From assembly GCA_018261905.1 (NCBI GenBank), contig JAGTRU010000037.1:3949-67948 (forward strand): a stretch of DNA of 64,000 bases, written 5' to 3'. Origin of the DNA: Pseudomonadota bacterium. GTDB taxonomy: Bacteria; Pseudomonadota; Gammaproteobacteria; Burkholderiales; Rhodocyclaceae. Made by a program: the position numbers and the translations under genes. Shown here one piece after another: positions 21,417-32,767 of the stretch. The notes beneath the pieces were generated by a model. The model was not told the DNA's origin. It saw only the letters and a program-made list of their open reading frames with translations, and did not search any database. Position 1 is the first letter of the stretch. Each line of letters opens with the position of its first letter.

Positions 21417-21441
21417 AAGGCCGCCGCAAGGCGGCCTTTTT
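21417..21441. terminator. stem-loop terminator between convergent satP and the mini-secretin gene
   Basis: AAGGCCGCC-gcaa-GGCGGCCTT followed by TTTTT on the plus strand. Confidence 0.75.
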
Positions 21442-21449
21442 ATTGGCGC

Positions 21450-22241
21450 TTACTCCACTTCCTCGACCATCAGCCAGATAGCACGGTTATCCCGGGCATC
21501 GCTGGTCGATAAGGTAAGTGCCCCGCCCTGCTGGCCGGTGGCCTGACGACCGCCGCCGCCCAACTCGATCCATTCGCCGAGTCGGCCGACCACCGTGGTC
21601 GACAAGCGTTGCGTATTGATGGCGGCGCGTCCGTAGTTGTCCATGCTGTCCGCCTGCTGGCTGATCTCCAGCGTTACCCGCTGGCCATTGAGGCGCGGCA
21701 CGGCATAGAAGCCGCGCCCGACATCGCGATAGACCACCGTTTCATTGACCACGGCGCCCCCCGGGCCGATGATCATCTGCCGCATCGGGAGCGGCAGCGA
21801 GCGTCCGATCTGGATCAAGGCCTGGCCGCCTTCGACCGTCTGCACCATCTGCGCGGCGCTTTCGCCGCGTACGCTCTTGCTATCCCAGACCCGCGCCTCG
21901 GCCGAGGAACGTCGGCTACTGCCGAGAACCACCTGACCACTGGCTTCGGCTCCGCGCGCGCTGTCCTCGGCCTGACGGTTCTGCGAAATACGGATGATCA
22001 GCCGCCGGGTCGGCGTATCGATGGCGGCCAGGGCTCGCTTGATATCGGCCCGATTGCGCGGCGAAGTTTTCAGGAAAAGCTGGTTATTCATCCCGGTCAG
22101 CGTACCGCCCGGCTCGACCAGCGGCAGCAGCGCCGGCAGGACCTGCTCGAGGGTCTTGCTCTTCAGCTCGATGATTTCCAGTTGCTGCGCCCAGACCGGC
22201 ACCTGGAAGAACAGCAGGACAATCAAGAGGAAACGGCTCAT
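21450..22241 (-). CDS. compact secretin-family protein (one Secretin_N-like domain plus a short secretin core)
   Basis: 263 aa with signal peptide MSRFLLIVLLFFQVPVWAQ. By-eye alignment to the gspD C-terminus in this same window: RRLIIRISQ~[23 protein letters not shown]~[25 protein letters not shown]~[21 protein letters not shown]~DGNVIVLGG. The VPxLGxxPxxGxLF motif is absent. Confidence 0.65.
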   Translation of the reverse strand: MSRFLLIVLLFFQVPVWAQQLEIIELKSKTLEQVLPALLPLVEPGGTLTGMNNQLFLKTSPRNRADIKRALAAIDTPTRRLIIRISQNRQAEDSARGAEASGQVVLGSSRRSSAEARVWDSKSVRGESAAQMVQTVEGGQALIQIGRSLPLPMRQMIIGPGGAVVNETVVYRDVGRGFYAVPRLNGQRVTLEISQQADSMDNYGRAAINTQRLSTTVVGRLGEWIELGGGGRQATGQQGGALTLSTSDARDNRAIWLMVEEVE

Positions 22242-22262
22242 CGGGAATCCTTTCCCAGCGGG

Positions 22263-23510
22263 TTAGCCCTGGCACAGGGCAATGCGATGGCAGTTGGCGA
22301 GATCGGCGGCGACCGCGGCGACGATGCCGGGATCGGCTCGTCCGAGAGCGGCCCGTTCCTGCAGGATGGCCAGGATCTGAGCGGGCGCCATCGGCTTGCG
22401 GTAGGGCCGCTCCTGGGCCAACGCCTGGAAGATATCGGCGACATTGATAAGGCGGGCTTCGAGCGGCAAATCAATTCCGCCGAGATGGAAGGGGTAGCCG
22501 TGACCGTCCGGTGTCTCGTGATGGTACGCGGCCCATTGCGCGATTTCCGCGATCGCCGGCAAGCGTTTGAGGACCTGCAGCGTGCCATAACTATGGCTTT
22601 TCATGATATCGAACTCGTGCGGCGTCAGGGCATTCGGCCCTTCGATGATCTCATCGGGAATCTGCAGTTTGCCGATGTCGTGCAGCAGGCCAGCCACTTC
22701 GATCTTTTCGCAGGTAACTGCCGGCAGGCCGAGCCGTTCGGCGAGATGGCGGGCCAGGCGCGAAACGCCGCGCGAGTGGCGCTCGGTGTAGGGCGACTTG
22801 GCATCGATGATGCGCGCAAAAATCTCGGCGCACTGCTTGAACTCGGTCCAGCCGATCGTCCGCAACTGGCCGTAGGACTCCATGTCGCGCTGGTACTGTT
22901 GCACCCAGTCGGGCTGTAGCGCCAGCCAGAAGGCTTCGCCTTCCGACATTTTTTCAAAGGCAACCAGCAACGCCGGCGAAAACAGGCGCCCGCTTTCGGC
23001 GGCCAGGCGCGCCCGGATTTCGTCGGCATGCGACAACACCGTCTGGTCGGCGTGAAAAGGCGCCGCCAGTACGTCGATGCGGTCGGTGAGAAAGATCAGG
23101 TTGGCGAGGCGCGCCGTAGGGCCGGGCAGCTTTTGCGTTTCCAGCCACGCCCAGCGGCTATGGTGATAGCGGATGATTTTCGCCAGATGTGCCAGCGGCG
23201 GAAAATCGACCAACAGGTCATGACCACAGCGACAATGCTCATCGGCCCCCGACCATTCGAGATCAACCACCAGGCGATGGTGAATGCGTGTCGAGGAAAC
23301 CCCGCAGTCATGCAGCAGACCGGCGTCGTAAAGCAGCACTTGCTCGGCCTCCGGCCACGCCATCCGCCGCGCCATCTCGCGGGCCAGCATACCGACCCGC
23401 CGGCCGTGCAGGACATCGTCCACCCCGACCAGATCGACGGTATGAGCGATGGTAATAACCAGTTGCCGGAGGTCAATGGTCAAATCATCGGGAAGCAGCG
23501 GGGCGCTCAT
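22263..23510 (-). CDS. HD-GYP domain c-di-GMP phosphodiesterase with an extra N-terminal HD-like domain
   Basis: 415 aa from MSAPLLPDD. The C-terminal domain has HSRGVSRLA...GLLHDIGK...YHHETPDGHGYP. The N-terminal domain is degenerate (HGRRVGMLA...GLLHDCG...RYHHSRW). The 704-aa ORF-track version is a spurious extension across zapE. Confidence 0.85.
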   Translation of the reverse strand: MSAPLLPDDLTIDLRQLVITIAHTVDLVGVDDVLHGRRVGMLAREMARRMAWPEAEQVLLYDAGLLHDCGVSSTRIHHRLVVDLEWSGADEHCRCGHDLLVDFPPLAHLAKIIRYHHSRWAWLETQKLPGPTARLANLIFLTDRIDVLAAPFHADQTVLSHADEIRARLAAESGRLFSPALLVAFEKMSEGEAFWLALQPDWVQQYQRDMESYGQLRTIGWTEFKQCAEIFARIIDAKSPYTERHSRGVSRLARHLAERLGLPAVTCEKIEVAGLLHDIGKLQIPDEIIEGPNALTPHEFDIMKSHSYGTLQVLKRLPAIAEIAQWAAYHHETPDGHGYPFHLGGIDLPLEARLINVADIFQALAQERPYRKPMAPAQILAILQERAALGRADPGIVAAVAADLANCHRIALCQG

Positions 23511-23515
23511 GGCGA

Positions 23516-24631
23516 TCAACTCACATTGTGCGGCAGGGTGAGATATTCCCTGGAGTTCATTTCGGTCAGACGGCTCACTGTACGCGCAAATTCCCCGGCC
23601 TGGGTGCCTTCGGTGTACAGCTCTTCCGGATGGCAATCGGCGGTGGCGATCAACTTCACCCGATGATCGTAGAAAACATCGACCAGCCAGGTCAAGCGGC
23701 GGGCTTCGGAGGCCTGGTGCTGCGTCAGCTTCGGAATATGCGAGAGCAGCACGGTGTGATAGGCGCGGGCAATTTCCAGATAGTCGTTCTGCGAACGCGG
23801 ACCGCCGCACAGGGTACGGAAATCGAACCAGATGACGCCATGGCCGCGGCGCAGCGTCTCGACCTGCCGGCCAAGAACGTCGATGTGCCCACCCTTCTTG
23901 CCCTCCTCGCCGGCCACCATGCGGAAGTAGTCGAGCATTTTCTTCTCGGCCGCGGCATCGGCCGGGCTGTGGTAGATCTCGACCTGTTCCAGGGCCCGCA
24001 GACGGTAATCGACGCCAGCATCGACCTCGAAGACGTCGAGATGCTTTTGCAGCAAGGCGATGGTCGGTAGGAAGCTTTCCCGGTGCAGGCCGTTCGGATA
24101 GAGCTTCTCCGGCGGATAGTTCGAGGTCATGACGACGATCACCCCATTGGCGAACAGGCCGTCCATCAGGCGACCGAGGATCATCGCGTCGGCAATGTCG
24201 GAAACATGAAACTCGTCGAAGCAAAGCAGGCGAACTTCGTGGGCGATATGTTCGGCCAGTTTCAACATGGGATCCGCCTCGCCCTTGTACTGCTCGAGAT
24301 CGCGATGGATCTGCTGCATGAACGCGTGGAAGTGGATACGCCGCTTGCGCCGGTAAGGCACGGAATCGTAGAAGCAATCCATCAGGAAGCTCTTGCCGCG
24401 GCCGACGCCGCCCCAGAAATACACGCCCTGGGGCGGTTTGGGGGGATTGAGCAAGCGCTTGAAGGTGCTGCTCCGGTTGACCTTGAAGGAAAGCAGATTG
24501 GTATACAGCTCCTGCAGGGCCATGGCTGCCGTCATCTGGGCAGTATCGGCGGTGTAGCCACGGGCGGCGAGCAGGTTATTGTAGGCGTCGAGCATGCCCT
24601 GCGCGGCGACGTTCAATTTTTTATGGGGCAT
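23516..24631 (-). CDS. zapE: cell division protein ZapE (AFG1-family ATPase)
   Basis: 371 aa. Walker A GGVGRGKS, Walker B LLCFDEFHV. It occupies the usual position downstream of the lpdA/odh genes. Confidence 0.9.
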   Translation of the reverse strand: MPHKKLNVAAQGMLDAYNNLLAARGYTADTAQMTAAMALQELYTNLLSFKVNRSSTFKRLLNPPKPPQGVYFWGGVGRGKSFLMDCFYDSVPYRRKRRIHFHAFMQQIHRDLEQYKGEADPMLKLAEHIAHEVRLLCFDEFHVSDIADAMILGRLMDGLFANGVIVVMTSNYPPEKLYPNGLHRESFLPTIALLQKHLDVFEVDAGVDYRLRALEQVEIYHSPADAAAEKKMLDYFRMVAGEEGKKGGHIDVLGRQVETLRRGHGVIWFDFRTLCGGPRSQNDYLEIARAYHTVLLSHIPKLTQHQASEARRLTWLVDVFYDHRVKLIATADCHPEELYTEGTQAGEFARTVSRLTEMNSREYLTLPHNVS

Positions 24632-24695
24632 GGGGATTGGGCTCTGGGGTAAAAACGTATTCTGCCAAAGAATACCGCTGGGTTCAGTGGAAATG

Positions 24696-24728
24696 AAAAG
24701 GCGGGTGCGTTACCGCAACCCGCCTTTT
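24696..24728 (-). terminator. rho-independent terminator after lpdA
   Basis: On the minus strand: AAAAGGCGGGT-tgcggtaacgc-ACCCGCCTTTT followed by CATTTCC. It sits 22 nt downstream of the lpdA stop. Confidence 0.8.
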
Positions 24729-24749
24729 GGCCAGCAGTCTATCGGTTAC

Positions 24750-26171
24750 TTAGAAGTGCAGCGAACGCTTGTCGCAAGCCAGGGCGGCTTCGTGCACGAT
24801 TTCCGACAGGGTCGGGTGAGCGTGGCAGATGCGGCCGAGGTCTTCGGAAGCGCCGGCGAACTCCATGGTCACCACGGCTTCGGCGATCAGTTCGGAAGCA
24901 TTGTTGCCAATGATGTGCACGCCGAGGATACGGTCGGTCTTGGCATCGGCCAGGACCTTGACGAAGCCGCTCGCGTCGCCGTGGCCAAGCGCCCGGCCGC
25001 TGGCCATGAACGGCACCTTGCCCGGCTTGTAGGCGATGCCTTCGGCCTTGAGCTGCTGCTCGGTCTTGCCGACCCAGGCGATTTCCGGGTGGGTGTAAAC
25101 CACGCCCGGAATGGTGTTGAAGTCGCAATGGCCAGACTGACCGGCGATCAGTTCGGCGACCATGACGCCTTCTTCGGAAGCCTTGTGCGCCAGCATCGGG
25201 CCGCGCACGACATCACCGACCGCCCAGACGTTCGGCAGGTTGGTCTGGCAATGACCATTGACCTCGACCTGGCCGCGCTCGTTGATCTTCAGGCCGACGG
25301 CATCGCCGTTCAGGCCATCGGTGTTCGGGATGCGGCCCACCGAGACGATCAGCTTGTCGCATTCCAGCTTCTTGGCGCCGTCCTTGTCTTCGTAATCGAC
25401 CGTGACGCCCTTCTTGCCGACGGCAACCTTGCTGATCTTGACGCCGGTGGTGATCTTCAGTCCCTGCTTGGTAAACAGCTTGAGGGCTTCCTTGGCGATG
25501 TCCTGGTCAGCGAAGGGCATGAAATCGGGCATGGCTTCGAGGACCGTGACGTCGGTACCGAGACGACGCCAGACCGAGCCCATTTCCAGGCCGATGACGC
25601 CGGCGCCGATGACGCCCAGACGCTTCGGAGCAGCATCGAAATCGAGTGCACCGACGTTGTCGCAGATAATCTTGTTGTCGACCGGCACACCGTCCAGGTG
25701 ACGCGGCTTGGAACCGGTGGCGATGATGACGTGCTTAGCCAGCACTTCCTCGGCGCCGACCTTGACCTTGTACAGCTCGCCTTCCTTGCCGGCAAAGCTG
25801 GCCAAGCCGTTGAGGCCGGTGACCTTGTTCTTCTTGAACAGACCCTTGATGCCACCGGTCAGCTGGGTGACGATGGTGTTCTTGCGGCCAACCATGGTCG
25901 GCACGTCGATCGCCACGCCCTTGGCGGAAATACCGTGCATGGCGAAGGAATGATTGGCTTCTTCATAGAGTTCGGAAGAGCGCAGCAGGGCCTTAGAGGG
26001 GATGCAGCCCACGTTCAGGCAGGTACCGCCGAGGCGCGGTTCGCCTTTCGGGTCGGCATAGGCATTGGCTTCGGCACAAGCCGTGTTGAAACCGAGTTGG
26101 GCAGCGCGAATGGCAGCCACATAGCCGCCGGGACCACCACCGATGACGAGTACGTCGAATTGCTTGGACAT
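24750..26171 (-). CDS. lpdA: dihydrolipoyl dehydrogenase (E3)
   Basis: 473 aa from [17 protein letters not shown]. Redox-active disulfide motif [16 protein letters not shown] fold [11 protein letters not shown], and C-terminal HAHPTLSE. Confidence 0.95.
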   Translation of the reverse strand: MSKQFDVLVIGGGPGGYVAAIRAAQLGFNTACAEANAYADPKGEPRLGGTCLNVGCIPSKALLRSSELYEEANHSFAMHGISAKGVAIDVPTMVGRKNTIVTQLTGGIKGLFKKNKVTGLNGLASFAGKEGELYKVKVGAEEVLAKHVIIATGSKPRHLDGVPVDNKIICDNVGALDFDAAPKRLGVIGAGVIGLEMGSVWRRLGTDVTVLEAMPDFMPFADQDIAKEALKLFTKQGLKITTGVKISKVAVGKKGVTVDYEDKDGAKKLECDKLIVSVGRIPNTDGLNGDAVGLKINERGQVEVNGHCQTNLPNVWAVGDVVRGPMLAHKASEEGVMVAELIAGQSGHCDFNTIPGVVYTHPEIAWVGKTEQQLKAEGIAYKPGKVPFMASGRALGHGDASGFVKVLADAKTDRILGVHIIGNNASELIAEAVVTMEFAGASEDLGRICHAHPTLSEIVHEAALACDKRSLHF

Positions 26172-26181
26172 GTAAAACTCC

Positions 26182-26340
26182 GGATAGGATCGAGATATTA
26201 GGATCGAGGATCGAGTAAAAACCCGGGGGTTCCGCTCAATCCTCGGCAACCAAGCAACTCAATCCTGATTAAAGATTGAGGATCAAGTGAAACCCCGGGG
26301 TTCCACTCGATCCTAGGCAACTAGGCAACTCGATCCTGAA
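26182..26340. repeat. tandem imperfect ~62-nt intergenic repeat with internal hairpins
   Basis: Unit A (26206-26268) is GAGGATCGAGTAAAAACCCGGGGGTTCCGCTCAATCCTCGGCAACCAAGCAACTCAATCCTGA. Unit B (26278-26339) is GAGGATCAAGTGAAACCCCGGGGTTCCACTCGATCCTAGGCAACTAGGCAACTCGATCCTGA. Extra GGATCGAG copies lie at 26188-26215. A related partial copy lies at 37454-37485. Confidence 0.7.
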
Positions 26341-27517
26341 TTACACCCCGAGCAGCAGGCGCGACGGATCTTCCAGGGCTTCCTTCATGGTCACCAGACC
26401 GAGGACGGCTTCGCGGCCGTCGATGATGCGGTGGTCGTAGGACATGGCCAGATAGTTCATCGGACGCACGACGACCGGATTGCGGCGGATTGATGATCGG
26501 GGTGGACATCATCGAACCGAAGATGCCGCCATTCGAGATCGAGAAGGTACCGCCGGTCAGGTCTTCGATGGTCAGCTTGCCATCCTTGGCCTTGGCACCG
26601 AATTCGGCAATCTTCTTTTCGATTTCGGCGATCGACAGTTGGTCGGCATTGCGGATGATCGGCACGACCAGGCCGCGCGGCGAACCGACGGCGATACCGA
26701 TGTCGATGTAGCCGTGGTAGACGATGTCGTTGCCATCAACCGAGGCGTTCAGCACCGGGAACTTCTGCAGGGCGGCACAAGCGGCCTTGACGAAGAAACC
26801 CATGAAGCCGAGGCGAACGCCGTGGGCCTTTTCGAACTTCTCGCCATACTGCTTGCGCAGCGCCATCATCGGGCCCATGTTCACTTCGTTGAACGTGGTC
26901 AGGATAGCGTTGGTCTGCTGCGATTGCAGCAGGCGCTCGGCAATGCGGGCGCGCAGGCGGGACATCGGCACGCGTTGTTCGGTGCGATCGCCGAGGGCGA
27001 CCTCGACCGGCGGCGTTGGCAGGGCAACCTTGGCGGCAGCCGGAGCGACCACCGGGCCGGCCTTCGGCGTGGCAGCGACAGCGTCTTCCTTGGTGACACG
27101 ACCACCGCGACCAGAACCGGCGACGTCAGCGGCAGCGATGCCCTTTTCGTCAAGAATCTTGCGAGCCGACGGGCTGGCCGTACCGGCCGGAGCAGCGGCA
27201 GCAGCCGGGGCCGGGGCGGCGGCCGGAGCGGCAGCCTTCGGTGCTTCGGCCGCCGGGGCGGCAGCGCCGGCCTTGGCTTCGGTGTCGATGCGGGCAATCA
27301 GTTCGCCGGAGACAACGGTTTCGCCGTCGGCCTTGACGATTTCGACGAGCACGCCGGCACCCGGCGACGGGACTTCGAGAACGACCTTGTCGGTTTCGAT
27401 ATCGATCAGGATTTCATCGCGGGCAACCGCGTCGCCGATCTTCTTTTTCCAGGAAGCGAGCGTGCCTTCGGCAACGGACTCGGAAAGCTGGGGAACTTGG
27501 ACTTCAATAATGCTCAT
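26341..27517 (-). pseudogene. sucB: dihydrolipoyllysine-residue succinyltransferase (2-oxoglutarate dehydrogenase E2), disrupted by an internal deletion and frameshift
   Basis: Lipoyl domain (IETDKVVLEVPSP), PSBD (SPSARKILDEKGI) and catalytic domain are intact up to [10 protein letters not shown] (ends ~26477). The frame then yields 51 aa of Arg/Pro-rich nonsense. The genuine C-terminus [24 protein letters not shown]...LLLGV* is present in another frame (26341-26475). Confidence 0.8.
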
Positions 27518-27541
27518 GGTGACTCCACTCTGCTTTAGTTA

Positions 27542-30376
<2,835 letters not shown>

Positions 30377-30481
30377 AGGCGTCCCCTTGAGGGTATTGTC
30401 TTTCTCTGTAGCTGCGGGCAGCAAGACCTGTCGGCCCTGCGGGTAAAAAAAGGGCGGCCACCCGGCCGCCCGATTTCAATT

Positions 30482-31716
30482 TTAGCCGCGTTGAGCCAGC
30501 GGTACGACATCGCGCTTGGCGGCGCCGATGTACAACTGACGCGGACGACCGATCTTGTATTCCGGATCGGTGATCATTTCTTCCCACTGCGTCATCCAGC
30601 CGACCGTGCGGGCCAGCGCGAAGATACAGGTGAACATTTCGGTCGGGATGCCTACGGATCTTCCAGGGCGATCTTTTCCAGTTCCATCGCCAGCTTGAAC
30701 AGGCGGTCGTTTTCCAGGCCCAGTTCGGACAGCACATCGAAGCAGACCTTGCGCATCAGCTTGGCACGCGGGTCGAAGTTCTTGTAGACGCGGTGACCGA
30801 AGCCCATCAGCTTGAAGGAGTCGTTCTTGTCCTTGGCGCGGTTGATGTATTCGCCAACGCGGGAAACATCGCCAATCTGCTCCAGCATCTGCAGACAGGC
30901 TTCGTTCGCGCCGCCGTGCGCCGGGCCCCACAGACAGGCAATACCGGCAGCGATACAGGCGAATGGGTTGGCGCCCGACGAACCGGCCAGACGCACGGTC
31001 GAGGTCGAAGCATTCTGTTCGTGATCGGCGTGCAGCGTGAAGATGGTATCCAGGGCGTTAACCAGAACCGGGTTCGGCTTGTACTTCTCGCACGGGCTAC
31101 CGAACATCATGCGCATGAAGTTGGCGGTGTAGTCCAGATCGTTGTCCGGGTACATGAACGGTGCGCCGGTGTTGTACTTGTAGGCCATGGCGACGATGGT
31201 CGGCAGCTTGGCCACCAGGCGGTTGAAGCTGATGTTACGGTGTTCGACGTCGGAGAAATCCATGGCGTCGTGGTAGAAGGCCGACAGGGCACCAACCACA
31301 CCGGTCATCACGGCCATCGGGTGGGCATCGCGACGGAAGCCGGAGTAGAACTTGGTGAGTTGCTCGTGCACCATCGTATGCTTCTTGATGGTGGATTCGA
31401 ACGTGGTCTTTTGCTGCGCATTCGGCAACTCGCCGTTCTTCAGCAAGTAAGTCACTTCGAGGAAGTTGCAGTTTTCAGCCAACTGCTCGATCGGATAACC
31501 GCGATACAGCAACTCGCCCTTGTCACCGTCGATGAAGGTGATCTTGGATTTGCAGCTAGCGGTCGACAGAAAACCGGAGTCGTAGGTAAACAAGCCGGTC
31601 TTGGCGCCCAGCGTACGAATATCGACGCAGTCGTTGCCGTGCGTCGGGGACATGATCGGGAAATCGACGGGAGCCTGTCCATCGATTGTCAAAGTTGCCT
31701 TGCGTTCGGTTGTCAT
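30482..31716 (-). pseudogene. gltA: type II citrate synthase, disrupted by an internal deletion and frameshift
   Basis: The 354-aa ORF (31716-30652) carries [11 protein letters not shown] and GFGHRVYK, then stops at ...[10 protein letters not shown]. The remaining C-terminus [27 protein letters not shown]...GRPRQLY... continues in another frame (30655-30482). About 21 residues, including the YPNVDFYSG segment, are missing. Confidence 0.8.
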
Positions 31717-31799
31717 GGTTTTTTCCCTGTTCAGGTGTTGGAGGTCACTGCACTGCCAAAAAAGCGGTCAACATTCCGAAGATAAAATGTAAACCTTAC

Positions 31800-32045
31800 T
31801 CAACTCTTACGAAGCAGCGTCACAATCGACGCCAGTCGGGGATCATCGATCTCTGCTCGACCATTGATCAGGTCCCAGAGATCGTGATCCTCCATATCGG
31901 CAAGTTCCACAAACGCCTGTTGCTGCTCGTCGTTCAACTTGTCGAACTCGCCACCATCGAGAAAACGCGTCAGCGTGATGTCGAGTTCGAGAAGCGCGCG
32001 ACGGATACAGCGCCAGCGCAGGCGTTCGTAGTTTGCTCTATCCAT
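31800..32045 (-). CDS. sdhE: succinate dehydrogenase FAD-assembly factor SdhE (YgfY family)
   Basis: 81 aa from MDRANYERLRWRCIRRALLELD (the RxxRG/ELD-type motif region). Its start overlaps the sdhB stop by 1 nt. The longer ORF-track start lies inside sdhB. Confidence 0.8.
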   Translation of the reverse strand: MDRANYERLRWRCIRRALLELDITLTRFLDGGEFDKLNDEQQQAFVELADMEDHDLWDLINGRAEIDDPRLASIVTLLRKS

Positions 32046-32755
32046 CAGACGGCGCGACGGACCATCATGTCCTTGATCTTGCCGATGGCCTTGGTCGGAT
32101 TCAGACCCTTCGGACATACGTCAACGCAGTTCATGATGGTGTGGCAACGGAACAGACGGTACGGGTCCTCGAGGTTGTCGAGGCGCTCGTTGGTTGCCTG
32201 GTCGCGGGTGTCGGCGATGAAGCGGTAAGCAGCCAGCAGGCCGGCCGGGCCGACGAACTTGTCCGGGTTCCACCAGAACGACGGGCAGGACGTGGAGCAG
32301 CAGGCGCACAGGATGCACTCGTACAGACCGTTCAGCTCTTCGCGATCTTCCGGCGACTGCAGGCGTTCGCGTTCGGGCGGCGGATCGTTGTTGATCAGGT
32401 AGGGCTTGATCGAGTGGTACTGCTTGAAGAACTGGGTCATGTCGACGATCAGGTCGCGAATGACCGGCAGACCGGGCAGCGGACGCAGCACGATGGGCTG
32501 CTTCAGGCTGTCGATATCGGTCAGGCAGGCCAGACCGTTCTTGCCGTTGATGTTCATGGCATCGGAACCGCAGACGCCTTCACGGCAGGAACGACGATAG
32601 GAAATCGCGTCATCCTTGGCCTTGAGCTTGGTCAGTGCGTCGAGCAGCTTGCGATCGGTCGGCTCAAGCTCAATCGAGATGTCCTGCATGTAGGGCGCGT
32701 CGTCCTTATCCGGATCGTAGCGATAGATACTGAATTGAACCATGCGTTTGCTCAT
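32045..32755 (-). CDS. sdhB: succinate dehydrogenase iron-sulfur subunit
   Basis: Three Cys clusters: CREGVCGSDAMNING, CILCACCSTSCPSFWW, CHTIMNCVDVCPKGLNP. GGAG SD 6 nt before the ATG at 32755. Confidence 0.95.
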   Translation of the reverse strand: MSKRMVQFSIYRYDPDKDDAPYMQDISIELEPTDRKLLDALTKLKAKDDAISYRRSCREGVCGSDAMNINGKNGLACLTDIDSLKQPIVLRPLPGLPVIRDLIVDMTQFFKQYHSIKPYLINNDPPPERERLQSPEDREELNGLYECILCACCSTSCPSFWWNPDKFVGPAGLLAAYRFIADTRDQATNERLDNLEDPYRLFRCHTIMNCVDVCPKGLNPTKAIGKIKDMMVRRAV

Positions 32756-32767
32756 TCTGGACTCCAA

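Noticed and set aside
22263-24377. 704-aa ORF-track protein that appears to fuse an N-terminal ~290-aa region to the HD-GYP protein.
   Set aside because: The N-terminal part is an out-of-frame read-through across zapE and is Arg/Pro-rich. The HD-GYP protein starts at the Met at 23510, 5 nt after the zapE stop.
30482-30931. 149-aa ORF, and the 51-aa tail of the sucB ORF (26321-26476), as possible independent small genes.
   Set aside because: Only the last 57 aa of the first ORF are meaningful, being the citrate synthase C-terminus. The sucB tail is frameshift nonsense. Both are fragments of disrupted genes, not separate genes.
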